A DNA stretch of 64,000 nucleotides from positions 195,536 through 259,535 of the forward strand of contig CAZMOZ010000001.1 of the NCBI GenBank assembly GCA_964568145.1, read 5' to 3'. The notes under the pieces are model-generated. The model was given only the letters and a program-made list of their open reading frames with translations. It was not told the DNA's origin and ran no database searches. This DNA comes from an uncultured Verrucomicrobiota bacterium. GTDB taxonomy: Bacteria; Verrucomicrobiota; Verrucomicrobiia; Limisphaerales; J093. Positions 34,901 to 43,300 of this stretch are shown one piece after another. Each line of letters begins with the position of its first letter. Positions within the stretch are counted from its first letter, which is position 1. Made by a program: the position numbers and the translations under genes.

Positions 34901-35370
34901 CCGCCGTACTTCACTTCGATGGCCGGCGCCTCGCCCCCGCCGTTGTCGTACGTGTCGAAGGCGACGATGATGCCGCCGCCGATGCCCTCCTCGCCGAAGT
35001 TCGAGAAGGACGTGACCTCCGGCCCGAAGCAGAACGACACGCCGTCAGCGGGGTTGCCCGAGCCGGGTCCGATCTGGAGCTTGAAGCGCACGACGAAACT
35101 CTCGATGGCCTGGCCGCCATCGAGGTCGTCCAGCACCATGCTGCCCTGCTGGCTGTTCTCGGCGTAGGTGAGGGCGAGATGCCCGCCTTCGATGGCCGGA
35201 TACGGAGTGACGCCGTCCGCCCGGAATCCGCCGTTGAGGGTGAAACCCGTCTGGTTCGGGTTGCTGAAGTTCGAGGTGAACGTCCCGGCCAGCACCGGCG
35301 GACCCGCGCAAAGCGCCGCCGCCAGGGAGGCCAGAAGGACTGGAGTGAGTGTGAAACATTTGGAGTTCAT
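31963..35370 (-). CDS. giant secreted multidomain protein: L-type-lectin/ConA-like + Ig (I-set) + Big_5/SbsA-like + PA14 + Ig + Big_5 + DUF1349/LamG-like + conserved C-terminal domain
   Basis: ATG 35370 gives MNSKCFTLTPVLLASLAAALCAGPPVLAG. The lectin-like block is ADGVSFCFGP...GGIIVAFDTYDN. The Ig block is QSQTVNEGAPVTFSI...YKCTVSNAAGTATS. The PA14-like block is GNYVFFTAGADRWWLFLSTDENPANKHLIA...ANRRYYLEMVHHD. The C-terminus is ...LNWEGDGTLQSATSVLGPWTNIGSTKPYSTPVTGAAMYFRVQGQ. Domain names are assigned by eye. Confidence 0.8.
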   Translation of the reverse strand: MNSKCFTLTPVLLASLAAALCAGPPVLAGTFTSNFSNPNQTGFTLNGGFRADGVTPYPAIEGGHLALTYAENSQQGSMVLDDLDGGQAIESFVVRFKLQIGPGSGNPADGVSFCFGPEVTSFSNFGEEGIGGGIIVAFDTYDNGGGEAPAIEVKYGGASMVIAKFAKAEMVTSKFEDVEITLTRAGMLNVSYKGQRLFENVILPGFQPLAGQFGFGARTGGENANQWIDDLSVTTVVAGAATAPVVTAPPQSQTVNEGAPVTFSIGFDGSAPLTFQWLSNNVAIAGATGPAYTMARVPATASGAKYKCTVSNAAGTATSAEATLTVVPDVTPPTLVAARGSSDFLGVVVTFSEPVDDATGGNRANYTIAGLTVNAATVFGSNVVLATTKQSEGATYTVVVNNVKDQAAAGNTIAPNSQATFRTFVFMPGFVLHKKYNNFSDASGTSPDNLFADARYPNQPDRLDLLNAVEYPPNGATRLPADPVRNYFDTIEGFFIPPQSGNYVFFTAGADRWWLFLSTDENPANKHLIAAEPGGWTDPRDWNTTHDTDPYRHRSDYSEFSQWPSGPTITLTANRRYYLEMVHHDPSWSGGDWFAATYKLESEDDPADGTAPRLTGNVIGTYVDPSGSAINITQQPADLTEQENRSATFTIVATGASAYGGNLGYQWQRQAPGGSTWQDLAGATAASYSTALLTLADSGAKYRVVCSVPALVVTSAVATLTVVPDTFAPKIVGAGSIMKGNAIEIGVGFDENVDQATASAVANYSLSKGSVTGVRYQRFAHTDGAGFFQLGTAGPHHGAAVVLTTSGLAAGDNVSVTVKNVKDLKGNAMSAAGESKSLTVTSKLKWAAMGGNDYLEGETAGMNINPDPALWPDDVVALGQADFDLISSGTANWNNYDEATFVYEEITGDFDKVVRVEYHDPTSQWARAGMCATPSADEGVNRAAVAGGAQMEKRYLLRANPAVQWNGAAGNNANEAVWRDVAGGNYGGGGAGTPAYPNAWLRMQRTGQTFTGYYSADGRKWTSYGVHTFTAAEPMPDKLLVGLYYSPELNNNGTGEGVGHSVVAKFRQYGDFVQNVPPGAMTITRSGNNVTLNWEGDGTLQSATSVLGPWTNIGSTKPYSTPVTGAAMYFRVQGQ

Positions 35371-35531
35371 GGCTCTGTCCACTGTGTCCGCCACCCGCGC
35401 TCCCGCGGCCCTCGGAGCGGCGCGTCCAACGGGCGCGCCGGAAGGGAACTCCCGGAATCGGGAGGTTCAGGGTGGTGGCTTGTGGGACAGGACATTGCGT
35501 CGCCCGGCGGAGGGGTCAAGCCTGAACTCAA

Positions 35532-35593
35532 CCCGAAAACCGAAGTTGAGCCGTGGCGCAGCGCGTCCCGCCTGCCCAACTTCGGTTTTCGGG
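35532..35593 (+). repeat. REP-like palindromic element (same family as 15480..15540)
   Basis: The arms CCCGAAAACCGAAGTTG and CAACTTCGGTTTTCGGG flank the loop AGCCGTGGCGCAGCGCGTCCCGCCTGCC. Confidence 0.8.
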
Positions 35594-35710
35594 CTGAAAG
35601 GCAGGGCTCGGACAGAGTCTCGCGCCACCACGTCAAGGCCGGAACGGCACCGCGCGGCAGCCTGGATGGCCGCCGATATACCCGACGCGCCCGGCCGTTT
35701 CGCCGGCTGG

Positions 35711-35743
35711 AAACAAAAAGAGACCGGGCTGAAGCCCGGTCTC
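35711..35743 (-). terminator. rho-independent terminator after the 35770..39816 gene
   Basis: On the minus strand the hairpin GAGACCGGGC-TTCA-GCCCGGTCTC is followed by TTTTTGTTT. It is nearly identical to the terminator at 31906..31935. Confidence 0.7.
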
Positions 35744-35769
35744 GTGATCTCAGATCGCTAAAACGCCAG

Positions 35770-38700
35770 TTACTGGCCTTGGACGCGGAAATACATCGCC
35801 GCGGCCGAGGCCGGCGTGGTGTAGGGCTTGGTGGAGCCAACGTTGGTCCACGGTCCCAACACTGAGGTGGCGGACTGCAATGTGCCCTCGCCTTCCCAGT
35901 TGATGGTGACGTTCCCACCGCTGAGGCTGATCGTCATCTCACCGGGTTCCTGGCCACCGCCACCCGCTTTGACGAGCTGGACAGCGTTGAGCGGCGCGCG
36001 CGGGTTGCTGCCCGCGCCGTGGCCGCCGGCGGTGCTGGCTTCAACGACGATGCCCGGAGCGTTGAGGCCCTTGAACACGATGTAATTGCCCACGTTGTAG
36101 AGCGTGGGATCACCCGTCACCTCGACGTAGCTCGTCGGATTCACCGAGCAGAAGGCGTGGACGTAATCCTTCAACACCGCCTGAGTGGCGGCGCTGACGA
36201 TCCGGTAGCCACCGCCCTTGTTCGGCACGCCGCCGAGCAGGTACACGTACACGTCATACCCCTCGGAGGTCAGTTCGGTCGGTAGGCCGGTGATGGTCAC
36301 CGTCGTGGTCGTGGCCGCGCCGGTGTCGAGATATCCCGTCATCAGGGTTTTGTCGTTCCCCGTGAACTGGTTGTTCTCCTCGCCCCGGCCGGTGCTCGAC
36401 CAGGTGTTCGGGCTGGACCATTCGACTTGGACAGCTGTCACCTGGGCGGCCCCCTTCGAGTCCGCCACGATGGCGCTGCTGGTGCCTGAAGCCCCGCTCA
36501 GGTTGTTCCAGTTGGCTTGCAGAACCTTCGGAACGCCCGCCGTGCCAATCGAAGGCAGGATGCCCCCGTTAGCCCCCGCCGGCTCATCCGCGCCGAAGTT
36601 CAGACCAATGCCGTAATCCACCACGGACGGATTCGACACGTAGCTGCCGTACTGGCGGAACTTGGCGACGGAGGAGTGGCCGACGCCCGCAGCCGTGCCG
36701 TTGTTGCACATCTCCGGGCTGTAATAGATGCCGACCAGAAGTGTGTCCGGCATCGGTTCGGCGGCGGTGAACGTGTGTGAACCGTAGGAGGTCCAGTTCC
36801 GGCCGTCGCTGCTGTAGAAGCCAGTGAAGGTCTGGCCAATGCGCTGCATGCGGAGCCAGGCGTTCGGATAAGCCGGCACGCCGGCGCCCGTGCCGCCGTA
36901 GTTGCCGCCCGCGGTGTCGCGCCAGTCGGCTTCGTTCTGGTTGTTGCCCGCGGTGCCGTTCCACTGCACGGCCGGATTGGCGCGCAACATGTAGCGTTTC
37001 TCCATCAGCGCACCGCCGGCGACCGCCGCCCGGTTCACGCCCTCGTCGTGGGCCGGCGTGGCGCACATGCCGGCGCGGGCCCACTGGCTGGTCGGATCGT
37101 GGTATTCGACCCGCACCACCTTGTCGAAGTCGCCCGTGATTTCCTCGTATACGAAGGTGGCTTCGTCGTAGTTGTTCCAGTTGGCGGAGCCGCTGCTGAC
37201 GAGGTCGAAGTCCGCCTCGCTGAGCGCGATGGCGTCATCCGGCCACAGCGCCGCGTCGGTCGTGATGTCCTGGCCGCACGTCTCGCCCTCGAGGTAGTCG
37301 TTGCCACCCATCGCAGCCCACTTCATCTTGCTCGTGACCTTCAGCGCCTTGCTCTCGCCGGCTGCTGGCATGGTGTTTCCCTTGACGTCCTTGATGTTCT
37401 TGGCGGTCACGGTGACGGTGTCGCCCGCCGCCAGACCGGAGGTGGTCAACACCACCGCGGCGCCGTTGAACGGACCGGCGGTGCCGAGCTTGAAGAAGCC
37501 CGCGCCGTCGGTGTGGGCGAAGCGTTGGTAGCGCACGCCGGTGACCGTGCCCTTCGAGAGGGAGTAGTTGGCCACCGCGCCCGCGGTTGTCGGGTCCACG
37601 TTCTCGTCGAAGCCCACGCCGATCTCGATGGCGTTGCCCTTCATGAGCGAGCCCGCGCCGACCAGCTTGGGCGGGAACGTGTCAGGCACGACCGTCAGGG
37701 TGGCGGCGGCACTAACCTTGGAGAAGGTCGGCACGCTGCAGACCACCTGGAACTTCGAGCCGTTGTCCGCGAGGGTCAGGATCGGTGTCGTGTAGGACGC
37801 CCCGTTCGCCCCGGGGATGTCCGTAAAGGTGGCGCTGCCCGGCGGGGCTTTCTGCCACTGGTAGGTGACCGTATTGCCGTACGAGGACGTGCCGGTGGCG
37901 ACCACGGAGAAGGTGGCCACGCGCTCCTCCTGCTGGGTGGCGTCCGCCGGTTGCTCGGTGATGTCCACGTTGGCGCCGTTTGGATCGAGGAACGTCGCAA
38001 TGACATTCCCCCTCATGAACATGCCGGAGGCGTTCTGCGCCGGGTCGGCGTCGCCCTCCCTGATGAAGGTCACGTCCGCGCCGTCCCCGCCGCCGCCTTC
38101 GTCCCACAGCACTTCCATGTAATATCGCCGGTTGGCGGTGAGCGTGATGGTGTTGAAGGTCGGCCACTCGATCCCGCCGAACTGGTCGGAGCGCTTGCTC
38201 GTCGCATCCCCAGAGCCCACCGTCTGCCACTGGTACTGGTTGCTCCAGCCGGTTTCCTGGGCGATCAGCTTTTTGTTCGCCGGCTTGTCATCCGTGCTCA
38301 GGTACACATTGCTCTGGTCGTCGGAGGCGACGAAGAACACGTAGTTGCCGTTGGCCGGCGGGATGAAGTAGCCGTACACGCGCGCGGAATAGTTGTCGCG
38401 CGCGCCCCACGGCCCGCCGAACTGCTGGTAAGCCGAGGCGAAGTCCGGCGCGCGGATCGTGCCGTCGGCGATTGCCTGGGCGAAGGCGTTGATGTCGCCT
38501 GGATCGCCGTTCTCATTGTGCCAGCGTTCGTAGCTGGCCCAGCCACGCGCGAAGACAGGCGTCAGGAACGTGATCGAGCTGTTCGCCGCGATGGCGTTGC
38601 CCGGCACGTCCTTCACGTTGTTGACCGTCAGGGTCAGCGTCGCGCCTTCGGCCTGTGTGCTGGTCGTGAGGACCACGACATTGTCACCGGCCTGGCCCGC

Positions 38701-39816
38701 GGGGGCGCCGAGCGCCGCGGCGCTGACGGTCACGCCGCCCGAAATCTGGTAGTTACCAGTGGCTTGGGCGGTGGCAGGGTCCAGCGGTTCGGAGAAGGCC
38801 ACCCGCAGCGTGTTGAAGCTGGCGGAAACCCCCACCGAGACCAGCGTCGGGCCGGTCGTGTCGTTGTTCACCGTGAGCGTGGCCTCCGCGCTTGTCACGG
38901 TTCCTTGTCCGCCGGTCACCACGACCGAGAACTTGGCGCCGTTGTCGGCGCGGTAGGCCCGGCTGAGGGTGTAGGAGGTGCCTGTGGCGTTGGGGATGTC
39001 ACCGCCATTCCGTTTCCACTGGTAGGTGTAGGGCGGGGTGCCGTCCGCGACGACCGAGAAGGTGACGGGCGAGCCTTCGTTCACCGTCTGGCTCTGCGGC
39101 TGCGTCGCGATCTTCACCGGTCCGCTCGTTTTATCAATGGTGGACAGGTACTGGCCCGGGATGGGCAGACTGGCGTCAATCACGAAGTTGGGGTCCTGCA
39201 CGGCCACGGCCAGGTTGTCCCCGCCGCCGCCTTCCTTGGATAGCGCCTCAATGTAGTACGCACGGTTGGCCTGGAGGGTGATCCGTGCCCCGCCATTCGC
39301 GGGGTCTTTGGTGGGCCACTCGGTGCCGGTGAAGGTCTGGGAGTTCTTGGCCTCCACCGTGCTGCCGCCCCCGATGGTGGTGAACGCGCGCACCGGGCTC
39401 CAGCCCGTCTCTTGGGCGATGAGCTTTTTGTTGGCCGGGTCGGCGTCGGTGCTCAGGTACAGATTTGAACCATCGTCAGCCGCCAGGTAGAAGACGTAAT
39501 CACCGGTGGCCGGCGGGTAGAAGTAGCCGATGATCTGGGTGCCGTAATTGTTGTACACGTCGCCCGGTGGCGGCGTGTTGATGTCGCCCGAGAACGGGTA
39601 CTCGAAGTAGCCGGGGTAGGCGACGATGTCCGGGTTGTTGGGGAACTTGGCGTTGCCGGTGAGGTCGGTAACAGCAGTGCCACCGCCGATGTTCAAGAAG
39701 GCTTTGGCAGTGATGAAGCCCTGCGGTGAAGGGGGTGCCGCAGCCTGGACCAGGATTGCTCCCAGCCCGAAGGCGCAGACTCCCGTGACAAGGGCACGGA
39801 GTTGTGTTTTGCCCAT
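35770..39816 (-). CDS. giant secreted multidomain protein: PA14 + Ig + Big_5 + PA14 + Ig + Big_5 + DUF1349/LamG-like + extra ~270-aa domain + conserved C-terminal domain
   Basis: An internal ATG at 39816 gives MGKTQLRALVTGVCAFGLGAILVQAAA. There are two PA14-like blocks: GDYVFYLAADDGSNLYLSTDADPANKKLIAQE...ANRAYYIEALSKEGGGGD and GNYVFFVASDDQSNVYLSTDDKPANKKLIAQE...ANRRYYMEVLWDEGGGGD. The C-terminal half is about 90 percent identical in DNA to the downstream paralog over the stretches I aligned. Confidence 0.8.
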   Translation of the reverse strand: MGKTQLRALVTGVCAFGLGAILVQAAAPPSPQGFITAKAFLNIGGGTAVTDLTGNAKFPNNPDIVAYPGYFEYPFSGDINTPPPGDVYNNYGTQIIGYFYPPATGDYVFYLAADDGSNLYLSTDADPANKKLIAQETGWSPVRAFTTIGGGSTVEAKNSQTFTGTEWPTKDPANGGARITLQANRAYYIEALSKEGGGGDNLAVAVQDPNFVIDASLPIPGQYLSTIDKTSGPVKIATQPQSQTVNEGSPVTFSVVADGTPPYTYQWKRNGGDIPNATGTSYTLSRAYRADNGAKFSVVVTGGQGTVTSAEATLTVNNDTTGPTLVSVGVSASFNTLRVAFSEPLDPATAQATGNYQISGGVTVSAAALGAPAGQAGDNVVVLTTSTQAEGATLTLTVNNVKDVPGNAIAANSSITFLTPVFARGWASYERWHNENGDPGDINAFAQAIADGTIRAPDFASAYQQFGGPWGARDNYSARVYGYFIPPANGNYVFFVASDDQSNVYLSTDDKPANKKLIAQETGWSNQYQWQTVGSGDATSKRSDQFGGIEWPTFNTITLTANRRYYMEVLWDEGGGGDGADVTFIREGDADPAQNASGMFMRGNVIATFLDPNGANVDITEQPADATQQEERVATFSVVATGTSSYGNTVTYQWQKAPPGSATFTDIPGANGASYTTPILTLADNGSKFQVVCSVPTFSKVSAAATLTVVPDTFPPKLVGAGSLMKGNAIEIGVGFDENVDPTTAGAVANYSLSKGTVTGVRYQRFAHTDGAGFFKLGTAGPFNGAAVVLTTSGLAAGDTVTVTAKNIKDVKGNTMPAAGESKALKVTSKMKWAAMGGNDYLEGETCGQDITTDAALWPDDAIALSEADFDLVSSGSANWNNYDEATFVYEEITGDFDKVVRVEYHDPTSQWARAGMCATPAHDEGVNRAAVAGGALMEKRYMLRANPAVQWNGTAGNNQNEADWRDTAGGNYGGTGAGVPAYPNAWLRMQRIGQTFTGFYSSDGRNWTSYGSHTFTAAEPMPDTLLVGIYYSPEMCNNGTAAGVGHSSVAKFRQYGSYVSNPSVVDYGIGLNFGADEPAGANGGILPSIGTAGVPKVLQANWNNLSGASGTSSAIVADSKGAAQVTAVQVEWSSPNTWSSTGRGEENNQFTGNDKTLMTGYLDTGAATTTTVTITGLPTELTSEGYDVYVYLLGGVPNKGGGYRIVSAATQAVLKDYVHAFCSVNPTSYVEVTGDPTLYNVGNYIVFKGLNAPGIVVEASTAGGHGAGSNPRAPLNAVQLVKAGGGGQEPGEMTISLSGGNVTINWEGEGTLQSATSVLGPWTNVGSTKPYTTPASAAAMYFRVQGQ

Positions 39817-40266
39817 AGGGATTTGTGCTTTGAGTGCTTTGGTTGTCTTCGGCCCGTCCGCCGTGCGGCCCGGCATGACCCCTGTCTCACCCCTGCGCAG
39901 GACAACATCGGAAGACTGGGACCGACGCGGACCCTCGCGCCGCGTGCCGTTTTTGCCAAGAGAAAAGTGCTGGGATAGCAAACTTAGTAATCTGGATTTC
40001 AATTTCTTACGGAAGCCACGCTGCTGGGAGCGACCGCGGAATCTTTGCTGGAATCAGGTTCCCAAGTCCCGGTTTGGCCAGCCGGGAAAACACCGCGCCG
40101 TCCACAAGCTGGCGGACGCACCCTTCATGCCTGCTCACAACAGACTGGGAACCAGGGCGGAAAGCCGACGTTGACTCGCGCGCCCCAACCCGCCGGGCGT
40201 TGAACTTCCCAGCCCGAACCTTGCACTCCGACCCAAGCCACGCCACCGGACGCCCGCTCGCTTGAA

Positions 40267-40326
40267 CCCGAAAGCCGAAGTCGGACAGGCGGGACGCACT
40301 GCGCTACGCCAACTTCGGTCTTGGGG
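40267..40326 (-). repeat. REP-like palindromic element, inverted copy
   Basis: The sequence is CCCGAAAGCCGAAGTCGG-ACAGGCGGGACGCACTGCGCTACG-CCAACTTCGGTCTTGGGG. Its loop is the reverse complement of the loop at 35549-35576. Confidence 0.75.
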
Positions 40327-40375
40327 TCGAAGGCTTCGAGCGAACGCGTGTCCACTTTCGGGACAAGGCGAACAC

Positions 40376-43300
40376 TTAGTTGGTCTGTGGCTTCGCCAGT
40401 CCGTCCCAGCTTAACCGCACCTCGCGAGCCCCGGCCGGCACCGGCGTTTTGCTCGTTCGACCGCCGGGCCACCGCACCTCCACAGCTTGGGATTGCCGGT
40501 CGCCAGCGTGGAGCACCAGCGTCGCCCCGTCTCGCGAGCCGTACCCGCTGCCGGCCATCACCGCCCGCACCGGACCGGCCTGGCCATCCGCCATCTCCAA
40601 CCGCACCCCCGCGCCGATGCCGTCTGGATTTTCCGGCGGTCCCACCAGCCGCACGCGCAAGCCCGGCCGCGCGCCGGCATTGCGGAACAAACCGGTGGGA
40701 GCGCCGTTCTGGGCGACAACCAGATCCGCCCGGCCGTCGCCGTCGAAGTCCGTCGTCGCGCAACCGCGTTGTTCGCCGTAAAGCACCACGCCGGAGTCCT
40801 GACCGGGCATCGCCACAAACCCGCCCCGGCCATTGCCGCGCAAGACCAGGCCGCGACCGGCGTCCATGCGATTGAAATCCGGCTGGGTGGCGTGGAGGTT
40901 CTGGCTGAGGAACAGGTCTTCGAGCCCGTCGCCGTCCCAATCGGCCACGCACACGCCAAAGACCGGGGCGAACTGGGCGGCGGCTGGAAGCGGCACCGCT
41001 TCAAAACGCCCGCTGCGGTTCAGGAACACCGTGCTCAGCAGCGTGGTCGCGCTGAGTTCCTTCGCCTTTGCGCCTTCCGCGCCCAGCATCTGACTCACGC
41101 CGGCCTGGGCGTAGGCGCGCCGGGATGCAAAACGGGTTCTCACAAACGGCAACGCCGCGGCCACGGCGTCGAAATCGCGGCGCGGCGCCAAGCCGATGCC
41201 GGGCACCTCGTAGGCCTCGATCAGGTCCACGGCGCCGTTCTCGTCGAGGTCGCCGTAAAACAGCCGCAACGGCTGCTGCGGCGAAGCGCGGTACGGGCTG
41301 TTCAGTCCCCAGTTGCCCACCGCCAGGTCCAAGCGGCCATCGCCATCGAAGTCGCCCGCGGTGATGCCGCTCCACAGACCGGTCCACGCGTCCAGACCCC
41401 ACGCCGCCGTGGCCTCGTGCAGGGTGCCGCGCCGGTTTAGCAACAGGCGCACCGGACCCCACTCGCAGGCGAGCGCCAGATCCGGCCAACCGTCGCCGTC
41501 CACGTCCGCCCACACCGCGCCCGCCACCAGACCCGGGCCGGCGAAGAGCCGCTCCGCCGCCGGGTCGGGCGTCAACGCTCCCTGCTCGTTGCGGAAGAGG
41601 TGCGCGCCGGCCGGCTCGGGGTAACGCCCCGGCACGAAGCGGCCGCCCACGAACACGTCGAGGTCGCCATCGCCGTCGTAATCCGCCACGGCCACGGGCC
41701 CAGCGCTGAACGGGGCGCGCCATTCCCCGGCCGGGCGCAGGCGGCCGTCGCGCCACTCGAACGCGGCAAGGACCGGCGCGTTGGTTGCGCCGACCGTTTG
41801 GTTGGCCAGGCCGATCAGCACTTGCCGCCGCCCGGGCGCGGGCACCCAGGCAGCCACGGCCACGCCGTCGCCCGCCAGCGGCGGTAGCTCGGCCGGCAGC
41901 GGCGCCCAACACTCCGCCGCGGCGTCGTAGCGAAAGGCCTCGACCCGGCCGCCGGCATCGCCGGGCACGACCAATTCCTCGCGGCCGTCGCCGTCCAGGT
42001 CCACCCAGCCCGCGCCCGGCCCAAGGCGGCTGAGGCGGTAGAGCAAGAGCGGTTGCTGGGCGAAATCTTCGAACGGTTCCTCGCCGTGACGGTGGGCAAG
42101 GCGCGCGGAGATGTTCTGTAACAGGGAGGGGTTTTTGGTTTGTGGTTCGTAGTTGGTGGTTCGTGGTTCGGGGCCCGGTTCCTCGATTTCGTAAAGGTGG
42201 TTCGGCACGGCGTTGGTCACCACCGAGCGCCCGCCCGCGCGCCAGAACACCTCGAGCGTGAGCCAGCGGGCCCGGCCCGTGGCAAAGACCCGCACCGGTT
42301 CGTCGTCGCCCATGTACCGACCGCCCGCCGCCATCTCGACCTCCTGGACCACCGGCCCGCCGGTGACGCGGATGCGGGCACCGACGCCCCGGGTATTGGG
42401 CGGCCGGCCGCGCAGCCGCACGGCCAGGCGCGGGGCCGGACTGTCGTTGCGCAACACCAGCGCCTCGTCGCCCAGGCAGTTGATGACCACGTCTAGGTCG
42501 CCGTCGCCGTCCAGGTCGCCCAAGGCCATGCCGTTGGCAATGCGCCGCGAGTCGAAGCCCCAGTCGCGGCCGCGTTCGCGGAAGGTGAGGTTGCGCTGGT
42601 TGTGGAAGGCGAGGTTCGGGGTGTCCAGGCGCTCGAACATGAGGGTGGTTTTACGCGACTCGGCCACGCTCAGCCGGCCCAAGCTGCGGACGCGCTCCTG
42701 GGTGTCGAGGTCATCCACGTTGTGGAGGAAACCGTTGCTGACCAGCAGGTCTTCCCAGCCGTCGAGGTCCACGTCCAAGGGCAGGCAACTCCACGCCCAA
42801 TCGGAGGCCGCCGCGTCCGCGTACCACGCCAGTTCCTCGTAGGTGCCGTCGCCGCGGGCATGGAGCAGGACATTGCGGCGAGTTTGGTGGCGGGAATCCA
42901 GGTCCCCGGGCGGGCGCGGCTGATCGTGCATGGTGCCGCGCTGGGTCAGGACATAGAGGTGCTGGCGCGCGAGCATGTCCGTGACAAACAGGTCGTCCCG
43001 GCCGTCGCGGTCCAGGTCGGCGGCGACCACCGACATCGAGAAGTACGGCGTCAGACGCACCGCCCGGCCGGGCACCGCGCGGAACCGGCCGCGGCCGTCG
43101 CCCCACCAAAACCGGTCCGGCGTCGAGGCGTCGCCGCACACGTAGAGGTCCGGCGCGCCGTCGCCGTTGAAATCGTGAAAGAGCGCGCTGAGGCTCTGGT
43201 CCCACGGCGCTTCGGCCAGCGGGCGGCCGTCTTCGTCCAGGAACGCGCCGCCGGTCCAGTTCACCGGCGTGAACCGGCCCGCGCCGTCGTTGAGGTAAAG

